From the human T2T-CHM13v2.0 reference genome, Homo sapiens, in NCBI RefSeq assembly GCF_009914755.1, contig NC_060927.1: 64,000 bases of DNA. The stretch is one strand, 5' to 3'. The translations under genes were made by a program, and so were the position numbers. The notes beneath the pieces were generated by a model that saw only the letters and a program-made list of their open reading frames with translations, searched no databases and was not told where the DNA came from. This document shows positions 42,085-55,880 of the stretch, piece after piece; the first letter of the stretch is position 1; each line of letters begins with the position of its first letter.

Positions 42085-42540
42085 GATGTTCACTGTTCAA
42101 TGCCATGACCCCTCCCCAGATGTGGCTATTGAGCACTCGAAGTGTGGCTAGTGGGACTGACGCACTCAGTTTGTGGTTTCGTTTTTTTTTTGTTTTTTTG
42201 TTTTAAGACAGGGTCTTGCTCTGTCACCCAGGCTGGAGTGCAGTGGCACAATCATGGCTCACTGAAGCTTTGACACCCCAGGCTCAAGCCAACCCCCAAC
42301 TCAGTCTCCTGAGTAGCTGGGACTAAAGGCATCTACCACCACACCTGGCTAATTTTTAATTTTTTTTTTCTTTGTAGAGACAGAATTTTGCCATATTGCC
42401 CAGGCTGGTCTCAAATTCCTGGGCTCAAAGTGCTAGGATTACAGGCATGAGCCACTGCACCCAGCCTCATTTGATTTTAATTAATTTAAATTTAAATAGC
42501 AACATGTGGCCAGTGTCTACTATATTGGACAACACAAGTC
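42085..42540. mobile_element. MER3/MER33-type hAT MITE split by AluJ
   Basis: ATGTGGCTATTGAGCACTCGAAGTGTGGCTAGTG ... AAATAGCAACATGTGGCCAGTGTCTACTATATTGGACAACAC. Confidence 0.8.
42181..42466 (-). mobile_element. AluJ with a deletion in the left arm
   Basis: AGACAGGGTCTTGCTCTGTCACCCAGG...CAATCATGGCTCACTG; CTGGGCTCAA|AGTGCTAGG jump. Confidence 0.92.
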
Positions 42541-43358
42541 TAAAATATAAATATAAAGGGTAATTCTGAAGGGATTTATTAACTAAATTATAGTTTTGAG
42601 GAAAATTATGGCTTGTCTTACAAAGGAGCATTATTTTAATAATTATTTAATGTAATCACAATAGTCCCTTTATTGTAAACATTCCTGTTTCTTTTAAAAA
42701 ATGAATGTTTAAACATCTGTAATATCAGAGCTGGATTATATCATCAAATTCTCACAGGAACCCTCTAAGTTAAGTATTCCTTTAAACTTATATTACAGCT
42801 AAGGTAACAAAAGCTTAGAAAAGTAATTTTCCTGAAGTCACACAGCTATAATACGGTAGTACCTGTTTAGAATCCATATATTTCTGATTCCAAGTTACAA
42901 GATCTTAACAAGTCTAACACACATTTTTAACTGCCTGCTATGTCCCAGACATTGCTTTGTAGACCATCAACAGAATAGAAATAATATCAAAAAAATGTTT
43001 TTATTGACACTAAGGTGAGGTAACATGTAAATAGTAGCTACTGCTCTTTTCTAATAAGATGATCCATAGGTCTAGACATAAAGAAACACATAAACTCAGT
43101 AAATATACACATATACTCAAAGTCTGAAAACATGAGCATTTTTTAGGACTTAACTTGTTAAAATGCTTTTTAGTTCAAAACACTTAAACTTTCTCAATTT
43201 AAAAAGATTATGAAACATATTTCAAGTGCACGTATGACTTGGCAAGAATGTAGGGACAGTTTCTTGACGCTCAAAAAGACAAAAGCACACAACAGCAGTG
43301 GCTGGTAAGCATCAGGAGGGACAACTGTGCTAGTAACATATGACAATCCATAGTGATC

Positions 43359-43432
43359 CAGTGCTGTGCTACGAAAAGTGTGGTCTGCAGAATAGCAGCA
43401 GTACATCAACTGGCAGCTTGTTAGAAATTAAA

Positions 43433-43473
<41 letters not shown>

Positions 43474-43560
43474 GAAAACTTAGACCCTACTAGATACCTA
43501 TGGAATCAGAATCTGCATTTGAACAGGATCCCCAGGGGAGTTGATGGGAAGAATATTTTG
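43359..43560. mobile_element. MER5A containing a (CA)n microsatellite at 43437-43470
   Basis: CAGTGCTGTGCTACGAAAAGTGTGGTC..GGAATCAGAATCTGCATTTGAACAGGATCCCCAGG. Confidence 0.75.
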
Positions 43561-43599
43561 CAGTGTATCTACCCTTTTGGGATGACTGCTTTTAAAATG

Positions 43600-44300
43600 C
43601 CTCCAAAGTGGGCACTAGAGTCAAAGTCCAGGGTCTATGCAAGGTTCAAAGTGGGGTCTAGAATTGGAGCTCAAAATTAGTAACCCAGAAAGGCAAGGCC
43701 CGCTGTGAAAGGGTGAACCAACCAAAGCCCACCATTAATAAATACATGCTAGGAAAACTTGCTTATCCTAGTTTAGGGACAGCTCTGGGAGGATGGGGAG
43801 TCTTTCCTGAAATTTCACAAACAAAGGAAAGACCTGATGAGTTTTAGGCTAAGAATTCATATCATCCCACGTGGCCTCAAAATCCTAAGCAGAATAATTC
43901 AGGCTAATGTGGTGATAGGTTGTTAGTGCCTAAAGGAAACTGATACAATGGAGCAACATACTTTAAAAAAAAAGGCCTCAAACATTTCCCATACATATGA
44001 TTCATTGAGTATGAATTCACAACTTAAAAAATTAAGAAAAGAAAGAAAGAAAAACACCAGCCACACCAGCAAGAATCAGCAGAAACAGCAAACATCAGAA
44101 TTAGACCTACTAAGACTACAGGCATTGAATTTTTAGCTATACAGACAATAATTTTTAGAAAAAATACATAATTAAAATTAAAATGTCAGTTACAATAGCA
44201 ACACCACCAACAAGAAAACAAGGTATCCAGGCTACAAATATATTTTGTTTTAATTCCCAGCAACTTAAAGGAGAAACTTATTTTTTAAACTTTCTTTAAA
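43600..44300 (+). mobile_element. Probable old L1ME/HAL1-type 5' region
   Basis: CAGCAAGAATCAGCAGAAACAGCAAACATCAGAATTAGACC resembles an old L1 ORF1 leader. Confidence 0.4.
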
Positions 44301-44989
44301 TACATTAAAAAGACACATGATTCCAAAATGGAAGCACAAAAGAAAGCTACCTTTACTCCCCCTCTCCCACCAGAAAACCAGAACCAAATATACAACACTG
44401 AATTTATCACCAGCAATACCCCAGAACTCACATATAAAGATGAGACAGTTCCTAGGGCCATAGATTAAGTGAAAAAACTCTGGGCAGAGAGAATTGGACT
44501 TCTGTTTCTGTGACACCCCTCCCTGCAACATGTCTGGCCCCAAGCATGTTGAAACTCACAGTTTCAACACTGGAAAAAGTCGGATTAAGGTAGACAACCA
44601 GCTTCCCCACCATCTTAAGTTCCTTAGCAGGAGACCTATTCCGGCGTGAACCCACAGGAAGCACTGGGGGTACCAGAAGGGAGAAACATCAAGGACAGCC
44701 AACGACAGAAGGGGGAAGCAGGACTACCATTCCCATCACTGGAAATTCTGTCCTGTAACTATGCCAAAAAGATGCCACATCACAGTGACTATTCAGCTGC
44801 GCTATCCTGTAGGAGGTTTGTTCCACAGGCCTTCTGGTCATGAATCCCTAACCAGTCTTCCCACACTACTGGGATGTCCCCTTTGGGATCTCCTTGCTTC
44901 TGGACTAGTGGTACTCTGATTACTAGAACCAAGGCAAACTTGAGCTTAAGGTATCATTTAGCTCTGAAAAGGAGGTAGTGACCTAGCAG

Positions 44990-45320
44990 GAAAAAAAATA
45001 AAGAAAGAAGGAAGAAAAAGAGGGGGATGGGTGAGAAGAAGAAGAAAGGAAGAAGAAGAAGAAAGAAGAAGAAGGAGGAGGAGGAGGGAGAGGAGGAGGG
45101 AGGGGGGATGGGTGAGAAGAAGAAGAAGGAGGAGGAGGAGGAGGGAGAGGAGGAGGGAGAGGAGGAGGGAGAGAAAGAAAGAGAGAAAGAAAGAGACAAA
45201 AGAGAGAAAGAAAAAGAAAGAAGAAAGAAAAGAAAAAGAAAGAGAAAGAAAGAAAAAGAGAGAAAGAAAGAAAGAGAAAGAAAGGGAAAGGAAGGAAGGG
45301 GAGGGAGAGAGGGAAAGAAA
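44990..45320. repeat. Compound purine-rich simple repeat (GAA/GGA/GAAA/GGAA)
   Basis: ~330 bp almost exclusively A/G on the + strand. Confidence 0.95.
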
Positions 45321-45633
45321 ATCAACAGGTAAATTACAAAGAATTTCTAAGCAAACATATCCAATAAAAACCAAAACAAGCCACACAGAGAAGACTGGAA
45401 TAAATAATAGACATAAGTCCACAAGAAACAACAGCAAACAGGGAACTGTGACCTCTGCAAACAGAAAAAGGCAAGGAACCAGTGATGAAACTCTAATGAG
45501 ACAGCAGTATGTGAACTCTGACCAATAATTCAAAATAGTGGTTTTAGGGAAATTCAGTGATCTCCAAGAGGGAAACACAGAAAAGCTTTTCAGAAATGTA
45601 CCAGATAAATTTAATAGATTGAAATAATTTTTA

Positions 45634-45978
<345 letters not shown>

Positions 45979-46104
45979 ATCTTGGCATTGAGAAATACAT
46001 TTGCTGAACTGAAAAATCCATTAGAGGCTCCCAACATCAAAATGAATCAAGCAGAGAAAATAATAAATGAGCTTGAATACAGTTTATTTGAAAACGCACA
46101 GTCA

Positions 46105-46433
46105 GGCCAGGTGCAGTGGCTCATGCCTGTAATCCCAACACTTTGGGAGACTAAGCAGGCAGATCACTTGAGCCCAAGAGTTCCAGACCAGCCTGGGCAA
46201 CATGGTGAAGCCCCATTACTACCAAAAAATACTAAAATTAGCTGGGTGTGGTGGCATGCACCTGTAGTCCCAGCTACTTGGGATGCTGAGGTGAGAGAAT
46301 CACCTGAGCCTGGGAAAGCAAGGGTGCAGTGAGCCATGATCCTGACACTGTACTCCAACCTAAGTGACAGAGTGAGGCCCTATGAAACAAACAAAAAACA
46401 AAAGCAAACAAACAAACAAAAAACAAGAAAGAA
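46105..46433 (+). mobile_element. AluJ nested in L1M ORF1
   Basis: Dimeric Alu with (CAAA) tail; degenerate TSD GAAAACGCACAGTC / GAATATGCACAATC. Confidence 0.92.
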
Positions 46434-47503
46434 AGAATATGCACAATCGGAGCAGAAAAAATGAAAAAAAATAAAAAGAATGAAGATTGCCTACAAGGTA
46501 AAGAAAATTACTTAAAAATACCAAATCTAAGAATTATTGGTGTTCAAGAGGAACTTGAGCAAGAGCAAAGGGTAGAAAGATTATTCAAAGAAATAATAAC
46601 AGAAAACTTTTCAAAACTTGAGAAAAAAAAAAAGAAATACTGAGATAACAGAAGGTCAGAGAACACCAAATAAACTGAATAGGAAGGAATACTTCCAAAC
46701 TCACTCCTATGAGGCTCGCATTACCCTGATACCACAACCAGACAAAGACACAACAGAAAAAGAAAACTACAGGTTAATGAACATAACTGATGATCACAGA
46801 TGCAAAGATCATCAACAAAATAATAACAAACCAAATTCAACAACACATTAAAAAGTTCATTCACCATGACTGAGTGGGATTAATCCCAGGGATGCAAGGA
46901 TGCTCCAACATGTACAAATGTTAGAAGGTGATATATATCACATTAACAAACCCAAGAACAAAAACGATATGATCTTTTCAATAGGTGCTAAAAAAGCATT
47001 TGATAAAATTCAAATCCTGTTATGATAAAAACCCTCAAGAAATTGGGTATAGAAGAAACATACCTCAAAATAATAAAGACCACATATGACAAACCCAAAG
47101 CTAACGTCGTAATAAATGGTGAGAAATGGAGAGCCTTTCTTCTAAGATCTGGAACAAGAAAAGGATACCTACTTTCACCACTTTATTCAACATAATATTG
47201 GAAGCACTGGCAAAAGCTATTAGACGAAAGAAATAAAAGGCATCAAATTGGAAAGGAAGAAGTCAAATTAGCATAGTTTGCCAATGACATGATCTTGTAC
47301 TTAGAAAAAACTAAAAATTTCACCAAAAAACTATTAGAACTAATAAACAAACAAAGTTGCAGGATAAAAAAATCAACATACAAAATCAGTAGCATGATAT
47401 ATGCCAACAGCAAACAGTCTGAAAAATAAATCAATACAGCATCATTTACAATAGCTAAAAACATATGAAACACTGATAAAACAATTTAATAAAAGAAGTA
47501 AAA

Positions 47504-50500
47504 GAAAGAGGGACCTGACTATTTAAAGAAAAACAAACAAACCTAAAGCAACAACAAGAGCATCAACAAAAAAGTCCCCACCAAAACCTCATCCAAGGGC
47601 CAGCAGCCTCAAAGATCGAAACTAGACAAACTCTTGAAGATGATAAAGAATCAATAAAAAAAATGCTGAGACCTCAAAAGGCCAGAGTGCCTCTTTTCCT
47701 CCAAATGATCACAACACCTCTCCAGCAAGTGCACAGAACTGGAAGGAGGATGAGATGGACGAATTGACAGAAGTAGGCTTCAGACGGTGGGTAGTAATAA
47801 ACTTAATACACTTGGCTGAGGTAAAGGACCACGTCCTAACTCAATGCAAAGATGCTAAGAACCATGATAAAAGTTTACAGGAGCTGCTAACTAGAATAAC
47901 CAGTTTAGAGAGGAACATAAATAACCTGATGGAGCTGAAAAACACAGCACAACTATCAGTAACTGAAATAATCAAGTGGAAGAAAGAATATCAGAGCTTG
48001 AAGACTATCTTGCTGAAATAAGGCAGGCAGAAAAGACTGGAGAAAGAATAATAAAAAGGAATGAATAAAACCTCTGAGAACTATGGGACTATGTAAAAAG
48101 ACTGAACCTATGACTGATTGGAGTACCTGAAAGAGATGGGGCTAATGGAACCAAGTTGGAAAACACACTTCAGGATATCATCCAGGAGAACTTCCCTAAC
48201 CTAACAAGACAGGCCAACATGCAAATTCAGGAAATACAGAGAACTCCAGTAAAAGATACTCCACAAGAAGATCAACTCCAAGTCACATAATCATCAGATT
48301 CTCCAAGATCGAAATGAAGGAAAAAACTAAGGGCAGCCAGAGAGAAAGGCCAGGTCACCTACAAAGGGAGGTCCATCAGACTAACAACGAACCTCTCAGC
48401 AAAAACCCTACAAGCCAGAAGAGAGTGGTGGCCAATATTCAGTATTCCTAAAAAGAAGAATTTTCAATCCAGAATTTCATATCCAGGAAAACTAAACTTC
48501 ATAAGCAAAGGAGAAATAAAATCCTTTTCAGACAACAAAATGCTGAAGGAATTCATCACCACCAGACCTGCCTTGCAAGAGCTCCTGAAGGAAGTCTTAA
48601 ATATAGAAAGGAAAAACCAGTAGCAGCCACTACAAAAGCACACTGAAATACAAAGGCCAAGGACACTGTGAAGAAACAACTACTATGCAAATTAACTGGC
48701 TAATGTCATGATGACAAGATCAAATTGACACATAACAATATTTACCTTAAATGTAAATGGGCTAAATGCTGCAATTAAAAGACACAGACTGATAAATTGG
48801 ATAAACAGTCAAGACCCATTGGTGTTCTATATTAAAGAGACTCATCTCATGTACAAAGACACATAGGCTCAAAATAAAGGGATGGAAGAAAATTTACCAA
48901 GCAAATGGAAAGCAGAAAAAAGCAGGAGTTTCAATCCTAGTTTCTGACAAAACAGATTTTAAACCAACAAAGATCAAAAAAGACAAAGAAGGGCATTACA
49001 TAATGGTAAAGGGATCAATGAAACTTAGAAGAGCTAACTATCCTAAATATATATGCACCCAATACAGGAGAACCCAGATTCATAAAGCAAGTTCTTAGAG
49101 ACCTACAAAGAGACTTAGACTCCCACACAGTAATAGTGGGAGACTTTAACACTCCACTGTCAATATTAGACAGATAATCATCCCTTTATGTTAAAAACTC
49201 TCAATAAACAAATTATTGACAGAACATATCTCAAAACAATCAGATCTCTTTATGACAAACTCACAGCCAATATCATACTGAATGGGCAAAAGCTGGAAGC
49301 ATTCCCTCTGAAAACCGGCGCAAGACAAGGATGCCCTCTCTTACCACTTCTATTCAACTTAGTATTGGAAGTTCTGGCCAGGGAAATTAGGCAAGAGAAA
49401 GAAATAAAGGTATTCACATAGGAAGAGAGGAAGTCAAATTGCCTCTGTTTGCAGACGACATGATCCTATATCTAGAAAACCCCATCATCTCAGCCCAAAA
49501 GCTCCTTAAGCTGATAAGCAACTTCAGCAGTCTCAGGACACAAAATCAATGTGCAAAAATCACAAGCATTCCTATAAACTAATAATAGACAAGCAGAGAG
49601 TCAAATAATAAATGAACTTCCATTCACAACTGCTACAAGGAGAATAAAATACCTAGGAATACAGCTCACAAGAGAGGTGAAGGACCTCTTCAAGGAGAAC
49701 TACTAACCACTGCTCAAGGAAATAAGAGATGACACAAACAAATGGAAAAACATTCCATCCTTGTGGATAGGAAGAATCAATATCATGAAAATGGCCATAC
49801 TGCCCAAAGTAATTTATAAAATTTGTAGATTCAATGCTATTCCCATCAAACTACCATTGACATTCTTCACCAAATTAGAAAAAAAAAGCTACTTTAAAAT
49901 TCATATGGAACAACAACAAAAAAAGCCCATATAGCCAAGACAATTCTAACCAAAAGAACAAAGCTGGAGTCATGCTACCTGACTTCAAAGTATACTACAA
50001 GGCTACAGTAACCAAAACAGCATGGTACTGGTACAAAAACAGACACATAGACCAATGGAACAGACTAGAGATCTCAAAAATAAGACCACACATCTACAAC
50101 CATCTGATCTTCAATAAACCTGACAAGGACAAGCAATGAAGAAAGGACTTCCTATTTAATAAATGGTGCTGGGAAAACTGGGCTAGCCATATGCAGAAAA
50201 CTGAAACTGGACCCCCTTCCTTACACCTTACACAAAAATTAACTCAAGATGGATTAAACACTTAAATCTAAAACCCCAAACTATGAAACCCCTAGAAGAA
50301 AATTTCGGCAATAACATTCAGGAAATAGGCATGGGCAAAGATTTTATGATGAAATCACCAAAAGCAATTGCAACACAAGCTAAAGTTGTCTAATGAAATC
50401 TAATTAAACTAAAGAGCTTCTGCATAGCAAAAGAAACTATCATTGCTGTGAACAGACAACCTACAGTATGGGAGAAAACTTTTGCAATCTACCCATCTGA

Positions 50501-51430
50501 CAAAGGTCTAATATCCAGAGTCTACAAGGAACTTAAATAAATTTACAAGAAAAAAAACAAACAACAAATCCATCAAAAGTGGGCAAAGGACACGAACAGA
50601 AACTTCTCAAAAGAAAACATGTATGCGGCCAAACAAACATGAAAAAAAAGCTTACCATCACCAAGCATTGGAGAAATGCAAATCAAAACCACAATGAAAT
50701 ACTATCTCATGCCAGTCAGGATGTCAATTATTAAAAAGTCAAGAAACAAAAGATGCTGGCGAGGCTGTGGTAAAATTGGAATGCTTTTAGACTGTTGTTG
50801 GGAATGCGAATTAGTTCAACCACTGTGAAAGACAGTGTGGCAGTTCCTCAAGGATCCAGAACCAGAAATACCATTTGACCCAGCAATCCCTTTGCTGGAT
50901 ATGTATCCAAAGGAATGTAAATCATTCTATTGTAAAGATACATGCACACATATGTTCATTGCAGCACTATCCACAATAGCAAAGACATGGAATAAACCCA
51001 AATGCCCATCAATGATAGACTGGATAAAGAAAATGTAGTACATATACCCTATGGAATAGTATGCAGCCATAAAAAGAAACGAAATCATGACCTTTCCAGA
51101 GACATGGGTGAAGCTGGAAGCCATCATCCTCAACAAACTAACACAGGAAGAGGAAACCAAACACCGCATGTTCTCACTCATAAGTGGGAGCTGAACAATG
51201 AGAACACATGGAAACAGGGAGGAAAACAACACAAACCAGGGCCTGTTGGTGGGTGGGGGAGGGAGAGCATCAGAACAAGTAGTTAATTCATGTGGAGCCT
51301 AATACCTAGGTGATGGGTTGATAGGTGCAGCAAACCACCATGGCACATGTTTACTTATGTAACAAACCTGCACATTCTGCACATGTATCCCAGAATCTAA
51401 AATAAAATAAAATTTAAAAAAATAAAAATA
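47504..51430 (+). mobile_element. L1PA10-13-like LINE-1 nested in L1MA (end of 5'UTR, ORF1, ORF2 with ~1.4-kb deletion, 3'UTR)
   Basis: ORF1 fragment MDELTEVGFRRWV at 47755; ORF2 start ~48710; EN-to-RT jump at 49175; TSD AAAAGAAGTAAAA at 47491-47503 and 51741-51753. Confidence 0.92.
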
Positions 51431-51736
<306 letters not shown>

Positions 51737-52092
51737 TTAAAAAAGAAGTAAAATATCTCTACAGGAAAACTATAAAACACTGTTGAAAGCAATCTAGGGG
51801 GACACAAAAAAATGGAAAAATATTCCATGTGGATTGAAAGAATTAATATTGTTAAAATGACAATTCTACCCAAAGTAATTTACAAATTCAATGCAATTCC
51901 TATCGAAATACCAATGAGATTCTTCACAGAAATAGAAAAAATAAATTCAAAAATTTATTTGAAACGTCAAAAGACCCATAATAGCCAAGGAAATCCTAAG
52001 AAAAAAGAACAAAGCTGGAGGCATTATACTACCTGACTTCCTGATTTCACAATATGCTACAACGCTACAGTAACCAAATCGGCATGGTACTG

Positions 52093-52248
52093 GAAAGAAA
52101 AAAGAGAAGAAAAGAAAACTTAAGAGAGAGAGAAAGAAAGAAAAGAAGGAAGGGAGAGACGGAGGGAGGGAGGGTGACAGAGAGGAAGGAAAGAAGGAAG
52201 GAAGGAAGGAAGGAAGGAAGGAAGGAAGGAAGGAAGGAAGGAAGGAAG
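52093..52248. repeat. Purine tract ending in (GAAG)14 (GGAA microsatellite)
   Basis: Perfect GAAG run at 52193-52248 inside L1MA ORF2. Confidence 0.95.
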
Positions 52249-53759
52249 CAGAGACATAGACCATGGAACATAATAGGAAACCCACATATCAATCCACACA
52301 TATACAGCCAAATCATTTTAGACCAAGGCTCCAAGAATATATAATGGAGAAAAGACAGTCACTTCAATAAATAGCATTGGGTAAACTGGCTATCCATATG
52401 TGGAAGAATGGAACTAGAGATCTAGACCCCTATCTCTCACCATACACAAAAAATCAAATCAAAATGGATTAAAGACTTAAATATAGGACCTGAAACTATG
52501 AGACTATTACAACAAAGTTTGGGGAAATTCTCAAGGACACTGATCTAGGCAAAGATTCTTTGAGTAAGACCTCAAAAGCACAGTCAACCAAAAGCAAAAA
52601 TGGACAAATGGTATTGTGTCAAGCTAAAAAGCTCCTGTACAACAAAGAAACAATTAACAAAATGAAGAGACAACCCAAAGAATGGGGGAAAATACCACAA
52701 ACTATTCATCCAAAAAGGGATTAATAATCAGAATACATAAAAAGCTCAGACAACTCTATAGCAAATAATAATAATAATCTGATTTTTAAATGGGCAAAAG
52801 AGTTAATTAAACATTTCTCAGAAGACATACGAATGGCCAACAGATATATGAAAAGGTGCTCAATATCACTAATGATCATCAGGGAAATGCAAATTAAAAC
52901 CACAATGAGATACCATCTCACCCCAGTTAAAATGGCTTTTATCAAAAATACCAGCAATAATGGATACTGGCAAGGATATGGAGAAAGGGGAACACTTGTA
53001 CCCTGTTGGTGGGAATGTAAATTAGTACAGCCACTATGGAAAAGTGTATGGAGGTTGTCTAAGAAACTACAAATAAAACTACTGTATGATCCAGCAATTC
53101 CACTTCTAGGTGTAATATCCAAAAGAAAAGAAGTCAATACCTCTCAGAAATATTTGCACCCCCATGTTTACTGCAGCACTATTCACAATAGCCAAAATAT
53201 GAAATCAACCTAAGTGTTCATCAATGGATGAATAAAGACAATTTGGAATATATACACAACAAAACGTTATTCGGCCATAAAAAAGAATGAAATCCTGTCA
53301 TTTTCAGCAACATGGGTGGAACTGCAAGTCATAATGTCAAGAAAAGTAAGCCAGGCACACAAAGACAAATATCACATGTTCTCATTCACACATAGGAGCT
53401 AAAAAAGTGGATCTTAAGAAGATGAAGAGTAGATGGTGGATACTAGAGGCAGGGAAGTAGGGAGACAAATAGAGATTGATTAATGGATACAAATATACAG
53501 TTGATAGAAAAAATAAGACAGTGGTCAATAGATCAGCAGGGGACAATAGTTTACAATAATCTATTGTGTATTTCTAAATAGCTAGAGGAAAATAATTTAA
53601 ATAATTTTAGCATAAAGAAAAGACAAATTAAATAATGGATATCCCAATTACACTGATTTGATCTTTAAAAATTATATAAATATATTAAATCATCACATGT
53701 AACCCCAAAATATGTACATCTATTATGCATCAATAAACAGGAAAATTAAACAAAAAAAG

Positions 53760-54890
53760 AAGACCTAAATAAAAATTGAGAATAATGTCTTTAGTAATCC
53801 TGATATTCAATATCTTTAAATTAAATTCTATATCAAGGTAACAGCAGTTAAAATCAAGATGAATTTTTAATGAAAAATTTGATAAAGTTATGTGAAGCAG
53901 TAAAGAGCCAAAAATAACTGAGACAATTTTGAAGCAAGCATACAAGGTGAAGAGACTTGCCCAATAAAATCAAGATTTATTATAAAGCTATAATCAATTA
54001 AAGATGCATGGTATTCATGCAAGGAAATACAAATTAACCAACTGAGCAAACTAAACACTCCAGAAGTAGATCAACGCATATCTGGAAACTTTGCAATGAC
54101 AGAAATAACGTGGCATATCAAGGGGTAATGATGGTACTGAGAACAAAAAGGGGAGTAGGGGAGAAGGGGGATTGAATTCCCACTTCAACCATATGCAAAA
54201 TCAATCTCAGATAATGTACATCTCTTAGATTTAAAAGGCCAACTATAAAAGCCTCAGAGCAAAACATGAAGAAAATCTTGATGAGCTTGGTCCAGGGAAA
54301 GATTATCTGAGTGATGCAAAAAGCAGTAAAGATTAAGAATAAATTTGAAACTATTTTACTTCATTAAAACACATCATACCGCTTTAAAACAAAAACACAC
54401 CATAAGTGTAACAACTGGGAAAAGATCGAACAACTGGGAAACACATCGAAGACACAGAGGATTGGTATCCAGAATACATAAAGAACTCCTACAAGTCAGT
54501 AAGAAAAACACAACCCGATAGGAAAACAGGCAAATGCCACCAGCAAGCAGAAGACACAGAGAGGGATACACATGAATGATAAGTGAGCAGAGGAAAGCAT
54601 TCCCAGTCTCACTCATAATTATGGAGATGCAAATCAAGCCCACAGTGACAAATCACTTTGTATGAATTATGCTGGCAGAGGTGAAGAAGCTTGACAATAG
54701 AAAGTGTGGGCAAGGATATTAATCAGTAGCAACTCTATTGCTGGAGAGAGAGTAAATTGGCAGAATCATATTTTAAAACAATTTGGTCTTATTATGATAT
54801 AGAACATTGACATTCCTTCCAGCAATTTCACTCATTGATCTATCCTGAAGAGGAATTTGCGCGCATGTGCACCAGGAGACTATTCATACC
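53760..54890 (+). mobile_element. Old L1ME-type ORF2 3' region
   Basis: ATCAAGATTTATTATAAAGCTATA, GGATTGGTATCCAGAATACATAAAGAACTCCTACAAGTCAGTAAG and GAGATGCAAATCAAG. Confidence 0.75.
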
Positions 54891-55581
54891 ATGAGGCATT
54901 TCATTAGAGATTATTACAGGGATTATGAGAAGAATTCATCGCATCATTAGGTGAAAAAAGGCACCAAAGGTTTTGTCTTGGATGACAATCTCTAAGAATG
55001 CAAATATTTTGTGGTACATTTAAGTAAAGCAGTGACTGGGAAAATATTCTAGTCTATTATTTGCACAGATAAGGGACATGTTTATTTGCTCTCCCCCATA
55101 GGACCCTATATCCTCATACTGGATAAACAGAAAGCTAAACTTTCTGGAGTTGTCAGCTTAGTACCTTTGCAATTCAACTTTTACATTTAAAAAAATACAA
55201 CATTATGTTAAAAGAAATTATCCCATAAAATGTACATGTGAAGGAGAGAGAGTGAGTTAAGATATTGGGGGAAAAGTGAAAATTTTAAGTTTCATGATAT
55301 TCACAGTGGCTCCAGAGATCTCGGAGCAGCCAGTGAACAACCCAACTAAGTTTAATTTTAGCTTCTTGAGGGCATAATAACGCTTATTATCTCGAAGAAG
55401 AGATGAGGAAAGAGGAGAGAGGATGGGACAGTGTCTGCTAGGGGTATTGCTTGAAGTGAGGAGAAGTGGGGAAGTAAGTAGCAGCATTATGCATCATTCC
55501 CAAACCACGTGAAAGCAATGGAGCCAGGTGACCAGGGCTTTTTTTTTCCCTGCCTCTGACCTTATTTTACAAAAGAAAACA

Positions 55582-55880
<299 letters not shown>

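Noticed and set aside
44954-45578. Long K/E/R-rich and F/S/L-rich ORFs
   Set aside because: Translation artefacts of the purine simple repeat.
51947-52344. PSFL/EGRK repeat ORFs
   Set aside because: Artefacts of the GGAA microsatellite.
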